Below, in pieces: positions 14,085-24,237 of a stretch of 64,000 bases of DNA; within the stretch, counting starts at the first letter, position 1; every line of letters starts with the position of its first letter. This DNA is from Deinococcus sp. (lineage in GTDB: Bacteria; Deinococcota; Deinococci; Deinococcales; Deinococcaceae), in assembly GCA_965261005.1 (NCBI GenBank), contig OZ253375.1, positions 736,001-800,000 on the forward strand, written 5' to 3'. The position numbers and the translations under genes are program-made. The notes below the pieces were generated by a model, which saw only the letters and a program-made list of their open reading frames with translations, was not told the origin of the DNA and did no database searches.

Positions 14085-15667
14085 CCGGCCCGAGCACCAG
14101 CTCACCAGTTGCCAGTTCACCGGGCACCAGTTCGCCGGCGACCGCTTCGATGGAGGCGCCCCCCGTCACCAACCCGCTGCGCGAGGGGATGCGCCGCAAG
14201 CGGGCGCCGGAGCCGTGTTCGCTGGTGATCTTCGGCGTGACGGGGGACCTCGCCAAGCGCAAGCTGCTGCCGGCGGTGTTCGGCTTGTGGCAAGACGGCC
14301 AATTGGGGCCGGGCTTTTCGGTGGTGGGGGTGGGCCGCGCCCCGATGGACGACGCCGACTTCAAGGCGATGGTGCAGGACGCCCTGACCACCAGCAAGGA
14401 GACCGACGCCATTTTGGAGGGCAGCTTGGAGCGCTTCGCGGACCTGCTCTCCTACGTGGGCGGCGAGTTCGGCGAGGGGGCCACCTACGCCGACATCGGT
14501 TCGGCCCTCGAAAAGGTCGAGACGGCGCGCGGGGCCGGGCACAACGCCCTCTTCTACCTTTCGACGCCGCCCAGCCTGTTCGAAATCGTGTCCAAGGGGC
14601 TGGGCGAGGCGGGCCTCGCGAACGAGCAGAACGGTTGGCGCCGCCTGATCATCGAAAAGCCCTTCGGGACCGACCTGGGAAGCGCCCTCGACCTCAACGC
14701 CGAGATTCACCAGTTTTGGCAAGAGGAGCAGGTCTACCGCATCGACCATTACCTGGGCAAGGAGACCGTTCAGAACGTCCTCGCGATTCGCTTCGGAAAT
14801 TTGATCTTCGAGCCGATCTGGAACCGCTCCTACGTGGAGCACGTGCAGATCACGGCCGCCGAGGACCTGGGCATGGAGGGGCGCGGCGGCTACTACGAGG
14901 AGGCCGGCGCCGTGCGCGACATGCTGCAAAACCACTTGTTGCAGCTGTTCACCTTGGTCGCGATGGAGCCGCCGGTCGCCTTCGACGCCGACGCCATTCG
15001 CGACGAAAAGGTCAAGGTGCTGCGCGCGGTGCATCCCATCCCGGCCACGCGGGTGGCCGAGGTGGCGGTGCGCGGCCAGTACGGTCCCGGCACCATGTAC
15101 GGCGAGCGGGTGCCCGGCTACCGCGAGGAAAAGAACGTCGCGCCGGACTCCGTGACGCCCACCTACCTGGCCCTCAAGCTGGAGGTGGACAATTGGCGCT
15201 GGAAGGGCGTGCCGTTTTTCCTGCGCACGGGGAAGCGGCTGCCCAAAAAGGTCACCGAGATCGCGGTGGTCTTTCGCCGGCCGCCGCTGGGTTTGTTTCC
15301 CGGCGGCTTGGAGCGCAACGTGCTCGCCTTTAGAATCCAGCCCGACGAGGGAGTCAGCCTCAAGCTCTCCAGCAAGACCCCCGGGCAGGAAAATACCCTG
15401 CGCGAGGTGGTGATGGACTTCCGCTACGACGCCTTTGGGGCCGAACTGGAGAGCGCCTACTCACGTCTGTTGCTGGACGCCATGCTGGGGGACGCCACCC
15501 TCTTTCCGCGCGAGGACGAGGTGGAGCGCGCTTGGAAGCTGGTCAGCGGCATTCTGGAAGCTTGGCAGGCCCCCGACCCCGCCCTGCCCAACTACGCCGC
15601 CGGCACCTGGGGACCCGACGCCGCCGACGAGTTGATCGGCGAGGGCCGGCGCTGGAGACACTTGTAG
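14081..15667 (+). CDS. zwf: Glucose-6-phosphate 1-dehydrogenase
   Basis: [33 protein letters not shown]; the true start may be the downstream ATG (MEAPP). Confidence 0.96.
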
Positions 15668-15680
15668 AAAAAGGAGTCGT

Positions 15681-16649
15681 ATGCCGCAAACACTCGCTCT
15701 AAAGCCGCTCGGCCCGGTCGTCTCGGACGTGCGCGGCGCGCAGCTCGCGCTCGACGCCTTGTGGGACCAGACCGAGATCGAGTCGCGCGCCTACACGGGC
15801 AACTTGATCGCACTGACCGAAAAAAAGCACCTCGTGCGGGTGCAGGAGGCGCTGGCCACCATCGGCGGGCGCTACGCGGGGCGCCAGATCGTCGGCGTGA
15901 TGGACGGCGACGACACCGTAGACGTCGAGGTGAGCCTTGTGCCGCAGCGCGGGCTGTACGTGGAGCGACTCGTGCTGGACGCCAACGCCGAGCAGCTTCA
16001 AGGGGCCATTTTGCCCCTTCTGCGCCCCGCCACCATGAACCACCTGTGGTGGGCCTCCAACACCCCTCCCGGCGGGGCGCTGCTTCAGGAACTCGCCGAG
16101 ATCGCCGACCAGGTGATCGCCGACACCCTGGCGCTCCACCTGCACGAGGACGTCCGCTTCGCCCTCTCGGACCTCGGCTGGGCGCGCACCAGCGTGTGGC
16201 GCGAGGCGACCGCGCAGCTGTTCGACGCCCCCGAGGCGGCGGCGCAGTTGCGGCGGCTCACGCGGCTCAGGGTCAGCTTTGCCGGCAGCAACGACCGGCC
16301 GGCGCGGCTGTTCGCGGGCTGGGTGGCGTCCAAGCTGGGCTGGCTGAGCGCGGGTGGGGTCGAGATCGCGCCCGAGCCGGGCTGCCAACGTGAAAACGGC
16401 GATTTGTGCGGTGTGACGCTGTCCGGCCCAGCTGAGAATGGCGCTAGCTTCGAGCTGCGCGGCGGCGAGGGCTACAGCGTGCGGACCACGGTGCGCTACG
16501 GCAGCGTCGAGCACAGCGTGGAGAGCAGCTTGCCGCCGCTCTCGCTGGGCGAGGGCCTGGGCCAGCTGATGGCGCGGCCGGCGCAAAACGACAACTTCGA
16601 GGACGCCCTCAAGGTCGCTCGGCGCCTGAAAAGCGGGAACCCGGCTTGA
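15681..16649 (+). CDS. opcA: Glucose-6-phosphate dehydrogenase assembly protein OpcA
   Basis: Between zwf and pgl; [18 protein letters not shown] and [12 protein letters not shown] motifs. Confidence 0.85.
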   Translation: MPQTLALKPLGPVVSDVRGAQLALDALWDQTEIESRAYTGNLIALTEKKHLVRVQEALATIGGRYAGRQIVGVMDGDDTVDVEVSLVPQRGLYVERLVLDANAEQLQGAILPLLRPATMNHLWWASNTPPGGALLQELAEIADQVIADTLALHLHEDVRFALSDLGWARTSVWREATAQLFDAPEAAAQLRRLTRLRVSFAGSNDRPARLFAGWVASKLGWLSAGGVEIAPEPGCQRENGDLCGVTLSGPAENGASFELRGGEGYSVRTTVRYGSVEHSVESSLPPLSLGEGLGQLMARPAQNDNFEDALKVARRLKSGNPA

Positions 16650-17311
16650 GGTGGCGTGATTTCCCGTCGCCGCAGGCGTTGGGCGAGGCGGCGGCGGCCG
16701 ATTTCGCCGTTCTGGCTGGGGAGGCGGTGCGGGAGCGCGGCGCCTTTCGCGTCGCGCTGTCGGGCGGCAGCACGCCCAAGCACCTGTACCGGGCGCTGCT
16801 GGGTCAGCAGGTGCCGTGGGCGCAGACGTGGGTCTACTTCTCGGACGAGCGCAGCGTGCCGCCCGACTCTGCGGAGAGCAACTTCAAGCTGGCCCACGAT
16901 GAGCTGCTGAGCAAGGTGGCCGTGCCGCAGGATCACGTTCTGCGAATGCGCGGCGAACTCGATCCGCAGGAGGCGGCGCGCGCCTACGAGGCGCAGTTGC
17001 CGGCGCAACTCGACCTGGTGCTGCTGGGCATGGGTGACGACGGCCACACCGCCAGCCTGTTTCCCGGCACGGCGGGGCTGGGCGCGGCGGGCCGGGTGAC
17101 GGCCAACTTGGTGCCCAAGCTGGACACTTGGCGCCTGAGCTTTACCTTTGAGGAGATTGGCGCCGCACGTGAACGCTGGCTGCTGGTCACCGGCGACAAC
17201 AAGGCGGCCATCTTAAGGGACGTGGCGGCGGGCCAGGGGGACTACCCGGTGGCGCGGGTCAAGGACCCGACTTGGTACCTCGACGAGGCGGCGGCCAAGC
17301 TGCTGAAGTGA
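16646..17311 (+). CDS. pgl: 6-phosphogluconolactonase
   Basis: [31 protein letters not shown]. Confidence 0.95.
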   Translation: MRWRDFPSPQALGEAAAADFAVLAGEAVRERGAFRVALSGGSTPKHLYRALLGQQVPWAQTWVYFSDERSVPPDSAESNFKLAHDELLSKVAVPQDHVLRMRGELDPQEAARAYEAQLPAQLDLVLLGMGDDGHTASLFPGTAGLGAAGRVTANLVPKLDTWRLSFTFEEIGAARERWLLVTGDNKAAILRDVAAGQGDYPVARVKDPTWYLDEAAAKLLK

Positions 17312-17365
17312 TGGGCGGGCGCTTCTCAGCGGGCCGTCAGGCGCGGGTGCCATAGTGGGTCATCC

Positions 17366-17761
17366 ATGCGACGGCTTTTTGCTCTGATTCCCCTCCTCCT
17401 CAGCGCGGGCCTCGCGCAGCCGCTGCCCGCCGGCAGCTGGACCCTCTACCGCACGGGGCGCGGCAACCAGCACGACACGGTCACGCGCGCTCACAAGCCG
17501 ACCATCCGGTTTGAGAACGGGCGCGTGACGGGCAACGCGAGCTGCAATACCTACTTCGGCGGCTACAGCGCCGAGGGGGCCGAACTTGAGCTTGGTCCCC
17601 TCGGCGCGACCAGGAAAGCCTGCGCCTTTCCCGCCGAGGGCCTGCTGGAAGCGCGCTTTCTCAACTCGCTCGCCAAGGTGAAGCGCTACGGCGTGTCGGG
17701 CGGCTTTTTGGTTCTGTACACCACCGACCGCGAAACGTTGGTTTTCAAACGCTCGGGGTAA
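17366..17761 (+). CDS. Secreted META-domain (HslJ-like) protein
   Basis: Signal peptide; GNASCNTYFGGY, LGATRKAC, EARFL. Confidence 0.88.
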   Translation: MRRLFALIPLLLSAGLAQPLPAGSWTLYRTGRGNQHDTVTRAHKPTIRFENGRVTGNASCNTYFGGYSAEGAELELGPLGATRKACAFPAEGLLEARFLNSLAKVKRYGVSGGFLVLYTTDRETLVFKRSG

Positions 17762-19190
17762 CGCCGACCAACGCCAAGGCCCGGTCAATCCGGCCGAGGG
17801 TGCGCTCCCGGCCCAGGGCTTCCAGCATCTCGAACATGCCGGGGCTTTCGGAGGTGCCCGCCAGCGCCGCACGCAGCGGCTGCATCACCTTGCCGGCCCC
17901 CACGCCGGCCGCCCCCGCGAAGCCGCGCAGCAAGGGTTCGGTCGTTTCCGGCGAAAAGTCCTCCGCCTGAGCCAGGGCGTCCCGCAGACCGGGCAGCAGG
18001 TTCTTGCCGTCCTCTAACAGCCGCAGCGCCTTGTCACTGAAGGGGTAGTCCTCGGTCCAGAAATAGCGCGACTTGTCCCAGAACTCGCCCAGCGTGTCCA
18101 TGCGCGGGGCCAACATGGCGACCACCTGCTTGAAGTAGCCGTCGAGGGGCAGGTCGTGGCCCCGCTCCTTTAAGAAGGCGTGCAGCCTCTCGGCCAATTC
18201 CTCTAAGCTCAGCACCTCGCGCAGGTACTTGCCGTTCAGCCAACTGAGCTTGGCGAGGTCAAAGACCGAGCCGCCCAGGCTGACGCGCTCCCAGGAGAAG
18301 TGCCGGGTCATATCTTGGACAGTAAAGACCTCGCGCCCGTCCGGCATGGACCAGCCCATCATGCCCAGGTAGTTGAGCAGCGCTTCGGGCAGAATGCCCT
18401 GCGCGCGGAACCACTCGACGGAGGTATTCCCCTTGCGCTTGGACAGCTTGGTCTTGTCGGGGTTGCGCAGCAGCGGCAGGTGAATCCAGACGGGCTGGGG
18501 CCAATTGAACGCCCCATACAGCAAGACGTGCAGCGGCGCCGACGAGAGCCACTCCTCGCCGCGCAGAACGTGGGTCACACTCATATCGTGGTCGTCCACC
18601 ACCACGCCGAGGTGGTAGGTCGGAAAGCCGTCCGACTTGAGCAGCACCGCGTCCTCCAAACCCGCGTTCTCGAAGACGACGTCGCCGCGCAGCTCGTCTT
18701 TCACCACGGTCTGCCCCTCGCGCGGCACCTTGAGGCGGACGACGTGCGGCTCGCCGTTCTGCGCTCTCGTCTGCGCCTCCTGCGGCGAGAGGTCGCGCGA
18801 CGGCACCCGGATGACGGTGCCCGCCGCCTGCGCCTGGGTTCTCAGGGCGGCGAGTTCCTCGGGCGTCTCAAAGGCCCGGTAGGCGGCCCCGCTCGCCAAG
18901 AGGTTGTCGGCGGCCTCGTGGTACAGCGGCAGCCGCTCGGACTGGCGGTAGGGGCTGTGCGAACCGCCCAGGTCCGGCCCTTGGTCGTGGGGGATGCCCA
19001 GCCAAGCGAGGGCGTCCAGAATGCGCGCCTCGGACTCGGCGCTGTAGCGCTTGCGGTCGGTGTCCTCGATGCGGACGATGAACTGCCCCGAACTCTGGCG
19101 GGCCAGCACGAAGTCGAACAGCGCTTGGTAGGCGGTCCCCACGTGCGGGTCGCCGGTGGGACTGGGGGCGATGCGGGTCACGACGGTCAT
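17745..19190 (-). CDS. gltX: Glutamate--tRNA ligase
   Basis: RIAPSPTGDPHVG, RIEDTD, RGEEW, KLSKR; start MTVVT 6 nt after TATCCT. Confidence 0.96.
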   Translation of the reverse strand: MTVVTRIAPSPTGDPHVGTAYQALFDFVLARQSSGQFIVRIEDTDRKRYSAESEARILDALAWLGIPHDQGPDLGGSHSPYRQSERLPLYHEAADNLLASGAAYRAFETPEELAALRTQAQAAGTVIRVPSRDLSPQEAQTRAQNGEPHVVRLKVPREGQTVVKDELRGDVVFENAGLEDAVLLKSDGFPTYHLGVVVDDHDMSVTHVLRGEEWLSSAPLHVLLYGAFNWPQPVWIHLPLLRNPDKTKLSKRKGNTSVEWFRAQGILPEALLNYLGMMGWSMPDGREVFTVQDMTRHFSWERVSLGGSVFDLAKLSWLNGKYLREVLSLEELAERLHAFLKERGHDLPLDGYFKQVVAMLAPRMDTLGEFWDKSRYFWTEDYPFSDKALRLLEDGKNLLPGLRDALAQAEDFSPETTEPLLRGFAGAAGVGAGKVMQPLRAALAGTSESPGMFEMLEALGRERTLGRIDRALALVGVTPSV

Positions 19191-19256
19191 GGGGCCAGGA
19201 TACTGCCCCCCTCGAAGTAACAGGGTCGGCGAGAACGCGCAACTTAAGATTCGGCC

Positions 19257-20063
19257 ATGCCCTGGAACCCCGACACCTACTTGCAGTTCGCCGCCGAGCG
19301 CGCCGCCCCGGCGCACGACTTGTTCGAGTTGATCTCCCCCGAACCTCACAGCGTCGTTGATTTGGGCTGCGGCACAGGGGAGCACACCGCCGCCCTGGCC
19401 GCCCGCTTTCCGGGAGCAGAGGTGACGGGCCTCGACAGCTCGGAGGAGATGCTGGCGCGGGCACGGAATTTGTTGACAGGGGTAGGGGAGGGTTTGAAAC
19501 CCTCCCCTACCGGGCGGCAGCCCAACCTGACCTTTCGGCAGGGCCGGATTGAAGACCTCGCTGGCGGGTACGACCTGATCTTCTCCAATGCCGCGCTGCA
19601 ATGGCTGCCGGACCACCGCGACTTGCTGGCCCGCTTGTGGCGGCACCTCAACCCCGGTGGCCAGCTGGCCGTGCAGGTGCCGTCCAACTTCGACCATCCC
19701 TCGCACCGTTTGCTGGCGGGGACGGCGGGAGAGGCGCCGTTTCATGACGCTTTGGGAAACTGGACCCGCTACGGCAGCGCCCCGGTGCTGGGCATCACAG
19801 AGTACGGCGAGACGCTGTTTCGGTTGGGCGGGCAGGACATCACCGCCTTTGAGAAGATCTATCCCGTCGTACTGAAGGACGCCGACGGCGTGCTGGCCTG
19901 GACCTCAGGCACGGCGCTCTTGCCGTACCTGGAACGTTTGCCGGAGGAACTGCGCGGCCCCTTTCGCGAAACGTACCGGCGAAAGCTGTGGGCCGAGTGG
20001 CCCGCCGGCCCAGTGTTCTACGCCTTTAAAAGGACGCTGTTCGCGGCAAATAAACCGTCGTAG
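19257..20063 (+). CDS. tam: Trans-aconitate 2-methyltransferase-like SAM methyltransferase
   Basis: MPWNPDTYLQFAAER, VDLGCGTG, GLDSSEEML, FSNAALQWLPDH, PGGQLAVQVPSN. Confidence 0.85.
   Translation: MPWNPDTYLQFAAERAAPAHDLFELISPEPHSVVDLGCGTGEHTAALAARFPGAEVTGLDSSEEMLARARNLLTGVGEGLKPSPTGRQPNLTFRQGRIEDLAGGYDLIFSNAALQWLPDHRDLLARLWRHLNPGGQLAVQVPSNFDHPSHRLLAGTAGEAPFHDALGNWTRYGSAPVLGITEYGETLFRLGGQDITAFEKIYPVVLKDADGVLAWTSGTALLPYLERLPEELRGPFRETYRRKLWAEWPAGPVFYAFKRTLFAANKPS
19482..19510. repeat. 29-bp perfect palindrome (GTAG REP-like), copy 1, inside the tam CDS
   Basis: GTAGGGGAGGGTTT-G-AAACCCTCCCCTAC, read in frame as VGEGLKPSPT. Confidence 0.9.
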
Positions 20064-20088
20064 GGGAGGGTTTGAAACCCTCCCCTAC
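20060..20088. repeat. 29-bp perfect palindrome (GTAG REP-like), copy 2
   Basis: Identical to copy 1; its TAG (20061-20063) is the tam stop codon; lies between the convergent tam and argS genes. Confidence 0.9.
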
Positions 20089-20125
20089 CCACCACAAACC
20101 CTCCCCGATCATTCTCCTCGGCTCC

Positions 20126-21982
20126 TCACATCTCCGTCGGCACCTCGATGCCCAGCCAATTCAGCGTCTCTTTGAGGGCCGCGTGCATGCGCGCCACCAG
20201 GGCCACGCGCGCCTCGCGCAGGCCGGGCGCGCTTGCCATCACGTTGGTGTCGTTCTTGCCGGCCGCGTCCTTGTGGTTGTACCAAGCGTTGAAGACGTTC
20301 GCGAGGTCGAGGGCGTACTGCGCGACCGGGTGCGGCGAGTGCTGCCGCACGGCATTATCCAGCACCTCGGGGGCGCGGGCGATCACCTTGGCGAGACCCA
20401 GCTCCAAATCGGTCAGCTGCGCCCAGTCGGCGTTCTCGGTCGTGTGGCCGGCCTGTTTCGCCCTCTCAACGATCTTGGCCGCGCGCACCGCCGCGTACTG
20501 CACCACCGGGGCGGTGTCCCCCTGAAGGGCCAGCGCCTGGTCCCAGCGAAAGTCAATCTGGCGGGTCGGTTCGCTTTTCAGCATGGCGAAGCGCAGGGCG
20601 CCGATGCCGACAATGCGCGCCACCTCGGCCGCGTCCGCCAACTCGCGCTCGCCCAACACGGCGCGGGCGCGCCCCCTGGCCTCCTCAAGCACCTCGTCCA
20701 CGCTGAGGGTCACGCCCTTCCGGCCCGACATGGGCTGTCCCTCCAGCAAGACCGTGCCGTAGGAAAGGTGAAAGGAGCGCTCGGCCTGCGACGGCGCCTC
20801 CGCCACAGCCAGGGACGCTTTGACAATGGTCTGCGGGTGGCTCTGGCGGTCGTCAATCACGTTGATGACCTCCGTGGCGTGCGCGAAGCGGTCGCTTGGC
20901 TGACCTTCCCCCGTCTGACCACCCGGCGCCGAGGTCCACAGCTCCCGGCCGCCGGGCTGCGTTTCAAACGGCGCGTACTTCAATCCCTCGAACAAGCCGA
21001 ACTTCCAGAACTGCTGGGCGATGTCCTTGGCGGTGTAGGTCGCCGTGCCGTCCGAGCGGATCAGGACCAGGGTCGGGTCTTCCAAGCCGGGGATGAACTC
21101 GGACACGTCCATCACGAAGGCGCCGGCATATTTCCCCTCGGTCGGGTGCGAGGTGTAGGGACTCGCCTCCAAAAGGTCCATCGCGCGCCGCAGAAAGCCG
21201 CTGCCCACGATGTCCGACTCCCACACCAGCAGGTCGTAGCGGGCGCCCAGGGCGGAGCAAGTCTCCAGCTGCGCCCGCACGATCTCCTCCACGTCGGCGC
21301 GGCGCTTCCCGGCCTCCAGGTCATGCAGGACGGCGCGGATACCCTCCTCGTACTGCGCCTTGTCCGGCTCGGCGTTCAGGTCCACGTACAGCTTACCCAG
21401 CCAATGGTCCAGGCGGTTCTTCCAAATGGGCTGATGCTGTCTCCACGCCTCGAACGCCTCACGCCAATCCTGGCCGGCGTACAGCCCCCGCGCGAACAGC
21501 GACTCGGCCGCTTGGCGCCCGGTGTCGTCAATGTAGTTCTGCACCTCGACGGTGAAGCCCGCCGCGCGGAACACCCGCGCGAGGCTGTCGCCCAGCACCA
21601 CGTTGCGCAGGTGGCCGACGTGCAGCTCCTTGTTGGGATTGACCGAGGTGTGCTCGATCACGACCTTGCCGGGCTGAGGTTCCGGGGAAAAAGGGTTCTC
21701 CAGCACCGCGCGCACAAAGGCGCCGGGGTCCAGAAAGAAGTTGAGGTACGGCCCCGCCGCCTCCACCCGCGCCACCCCGGCGGGCAGCGCGACCGTTTGC
21801 GCGAGCTGCGCGGCGATCTGGGCCGGGTTCTGCCGAAGCGACTTGGCGATGATAAAGGCGGCGGGCGTGCCGTAGTCGCCCGGCTTGTCCGGGGGCGTCT
21901 CTTGAATGGCGGCCTCGACCTGGGCGCCGAGTTCCCGGGCGGCGGCCTCCACGGCCAGCTTCAATTGTGCTTTCAAGTCCAT
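20126..21982 (-). CDS. argS: Arginine--tRNA ligase
   Basis: GDYGT, GPYLNF, EHTSVNPNKELHVGHLRN, MSGRKG, C-terminal EM; start MDLKA after GGAG. Confidence 0.95.
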   Translation of the reverse strand: MDLKAQLKLAVEAAARELGAQVEAAIQETPPDKPGDYGTPAAFIIAKSLRQNPAQIAAQLAQTVALPAGVARVEAAGPYLNFFLDPGAFVRAVLENPFSPEPQPGKVVIEHTSVNPNKELHVGHLRNVVLGDSLARVFRAAGFTVEVQNYIDDTGRQAAESLFARGLYAGQDWREAFEAWRQHQPIWKNRLDHWLGKLYVDLNAEPDKAQYEEGIRAVLHDLEAGKRRADVEEIVRAQLETCSALGARYDLLVWESDIVGSGFLRRAMDLLEASPYTSHPTEGKYAGAFVMDVSEFIPGLEDPTLVLIRSDGTATYTAKDIAQQFWKFGLFEGLKYAPFETQPGGRELWTSAPGGQTGEGQPSDRFAHATEVINVIDDRQSHPQTIVKASLAVAEAPSQAERSFHLSYGTVLLEGQPMSGRKGVTLSVDEVLEEARGRARAVLGERELADAAEVARIVGIGALRFAMLKSEPTRQIDFRWDQALALQGDTAPVVQYAAVRAAKIVERAKQAGHTTENADWAQLTDLELGLAKVIARAPEVLDNAVRQHSPHPVAQYALDLANVFNAWYNHKDAAGKNDTNVMASAPGLREARVALVARMHAALKETLNWLGIEVPTEM

Positions 21983-22076
21983 GTCGCCGCTCTCCACATA
22001 AGGGGGAATTCTAGCAGAGCGCCGGCTTCAGCTGCCTGTCACCCAACCGTCAGCTTCGGGCGGCACAGTAAGAACT

Positions 22077-22607
22077 GTGAAAAATGCATTGCTCTTGGCG
22101 GTGAGCGCCGTCTTGTTGTCTTCATGCAACGTTCTGCTGGAGGGGAACGGGCCGGGAAGGAGTGGCGTCCGCATCGACGCCCTGCGCTTCGACAGCAACT
22201 TCACGCTTGGCAACGGCGTTTCTTACGGGAACGTCTACTTCCCGCGCGGCGGCCCCGTGATCTGCGACAACGTGACCACCGTCCTGAGCTACGGCTTCGT
22301 CTACGGCGGCGACCTCGCCAGCTGGACCAGCACGCTCGTCGGCCTCACGACCGGGCAGGAATCCGACGACCAGGAGTTCTACCTGACCAACTACCCACCG
22401 CTGAACGGCACCGTCACGGTGAACAACTACTACGTCGGGCCGCGCACGGTCCCGCTGAACCTCGGCAAGGTCAAGGCCCAAGGCATTGTCGTGAACCCAG
22501 AGGTGATCGGCGTGACCAAGGTGCGCGTGCGCGCCTTCGATTCGTACGGTCAGTCAGACTACGAGACGTACAGCAACCCGCTGCCCGTGCTGGGCAATTG
22601 TTACTAG
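22077..22607 (+). CDS. Uncharacterised lipoprotein 1
   Basis: Lipobox LSSC; beta-rich; two additional Cys (ICDN, GNCY). Confidence 0.8.
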   Translation: MKNALLLAVSAVLLSSCNVLLEGNGPGRSGVRIDALRFDSNFTLGNGVSYGNVYFPRGGPVICDNVTTVLSYGFVYGGDLASWTSTLVGLTTGQESDDQEFYLTNYPPLNGTVTVNNYYVGPRTVPLNLGKVKAQGIVVNPEVIGVTKVRVRAFDSYGQSDYETYSNPLPVLGNCY

Positions 22608-22617
22608 GAGGAAACGT

Positions 22618-23172
22618 ATGAAGAAGACACTGATGTTGATGGGTGTAGGTGTATTGCTGGCGAGCTGCGGCTCTACTCAGGTTGGCTCGGCGAAGCTGAC
22701 CATCACGGGTTTGCGCACCGAGTACCGGACCACAGCCGGAGCGTATGTGGCCTGCGATAACGTGGCCTATCCTGACGGCACGACGACCAGCACGACCCAA
22801 GTCGCCGCTGCTTTCAACGCGACGGGCGACGTGTCCTCAGTGCAAGTAGCTTTACACGGCAACTCTACAGCCAAGTACGACAACAACTACGTGGCGACCT
22901 TTACACGCGAGCAGCTCGACGCAGTTGGAGGCAACGATTTCGTGGCCCTCTTTGATGCGGACGCGTCCAAGAACGTCTTGCCTCAGAGCATCACGGTCAA
23001 CCCAGCCAGGCGATACATCAAGATCGTCACACCCGTCGGCGATTCCCCTGGCAGCTTCCGCACGGATATCACCCTCACGAATGAAGGCAACTCGGGCACC
23101 GCCTTTGGTTTGACCAACATTGCCGTTTATACGGGCTGCAACGTGACGAGCAAAACGGACGAGCAACTTTAA
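22618..23172 (+). CDS. Uncharacterised lipoprotein 2
   Basis: AGGAGG RBS; lipobox LASC; ACDN and TGC cysteines; visibly more A/T-ending codons than its neighbours. Confidence 0.82.
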   Translation: MKKTLMLMGVGVLLASCGSTQVGSAKLTITGLRTEYRTTAGAYVACDNVAYPDGTTTSTTQVAAAFNATGDVSSVQVALHGNSTAKYDNNYVATFTREQLDAVGGNDFVALFDADASKNVLPQSITVNPARRYIKIVTPVGDSPGSFRTDITLTNEGNSGTAFGLTNIAVYTGCNVTSKTDEQL

Positions 23173-23187
23173 CCTTCCCAGCTGTGC

Positions 23188-23218
23188 GCGGCCCCTCCAC
23201 GGGGCCGCCGTCTTTTTT
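23188..23218 (+). terminator. Rho-independent terminator
   Basis: GCGGCCCC-TCCAC-GGGGCCGC followed by CGTCTTTTTT. Confidence 0.75.
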
Positions 23219-23272
23219 CACCTCTAAACAGCCCATCACATTTCATCAGCTTTTCTCCCGAACAATACGGGC

Positions 23273-23779
23273 ATGAACAAGCTGTTCGTTCTGCCGCTCG
23301 CCCTGCTGCTCGCCGCCTGCGCGCCCCGCGCGACCGAACAGGTGGCCGCGCCGACGGTCGCGCCGACGCTCTTTGATGCCCAAAACCAGCAGACCTTCTG
23401 CGTCAGCCGCAACGCCTACCTGGACTTCGGCCTGGACTACGCCGGCGACGTGAACCGCGTCGAGGTGTACGCGACCGAGGCGGGCAGCGGGGCGCCCGGC
23501 GGGCAAAATCCGGGGCGCTTCGTGGGCGGCTCTGGCGACGTGTTCAGGATCAACCGGGGGCACGTCTCGGGCAGCGTCGTGTTCCAGCCCGAGGCGGGCA
23601 GCGTGCGGGTGGTGCCGACGGGCGGCGCGCAGGCGCTCGCGATCACGGTCAACCCGGCCACCAGTTACGAGCTGTACTTCCGGGCCTACTCGGCCTCCGG
23701 CGCGCCGTCCGCCTTTGTCGCGGGGCAAACAATCACGCCGGACGACAGCGTGAACTGTGACCCCGATTTGCGCTACTGA
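23273..23779 (+). CDS. Uncharacterised lipoprotein 3
   Basis: Lipobox LAAC; TFCVS and VNCD cysteines. Confidence 0.8.
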   Translation: MNKLFVLPLALLLAACAPRATEQVAAPTVAPTLFDAQNQQTFCVSRNAYLDFGLDYAGDVNRVEVYATEAGSGAPGGQNPGRFVGGSGDVFRINRGHVSGSVVFQPEAGSVRVVPTGGAQALAITVNPATSYELYFRAYSASGAPSAFVAGQTITPDDSVNCDPDLRY

Positions 23780-23808
23780 TTTTCCAAGCCCACCTATACT
23801 GGGGCCAC

Positions 23809-24237
23809 ATGGCTCACAACAACACAGCCCACAACGATACAGCCCACAGCGACGCGGCCCTGTACGACCAGTGGATTCTTTTGATGGGCTGGCTGCGCGA
23901 GGTGGCCCAGGCGCGCGGCCTCGGCTTCGAGAAGGTCTCCGACTTTCCCGACTACATTTACCGCATGGAGCGGCCCTACGATTTGCCCACGACGGTGGCG
24001 AGCGTGGGCGTCACCCACGGAGGGCAGCCGCTGCTGATCGCCTCGGTGTCGCCGCGCCACGTCCAGCTCAAGAGCGTGCAGCTGCGTTTGATGGGCGGCA
24101 GCAAACACTGGCACCTGCACGCGGGCGACGGCGGCCTGCTGGAAGGCAAACGCCCCTTCACCCAGGAGCGGCTGACCGCCATCGTGGACGGGGCGCTGGA
24201 GGGGCTGGTGCGGACCCTCTCAGCCCCCTCTACCTGA
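23809..24237 (+). CDS. nqo15: NADH-quinone oxidoreductase subunit 15 (frataxin-like, Deinococcus-Thermus)
   Basis: FEKVSDFPDYIYRMERPYDLPTT and VSPRH match the Thermus Nqo15 signature as I recall it. Confidence 0.88.
   Translation: MAHNNTAHNDTAHSDAALYDQWILLMGWLREVAQARGLGFEKVSDFPDYIYRMERPYDLPTTVASVGVTHGGQPLLIASVSPRHVQLKSVQLRLMGGSKHWHLHAGDGGLLEGKRPFTQERLTAIVDGALEGLVRTLSAPST

Noticed and set aside
17745..19745. 666-aa ORF as an extended GltX fusion
   Set aside because: The extra N-terminus is antisense to tam; GltX begins at 19190
20072..22621. Long antisense ORFs (this one, plus 1757..3883, 5274..7532, 26646..28547, 53269..55950 and others)
   Set aside because: Shadow frames opposite well-supported genes, expected in high-GC DNA; no motifs recognised
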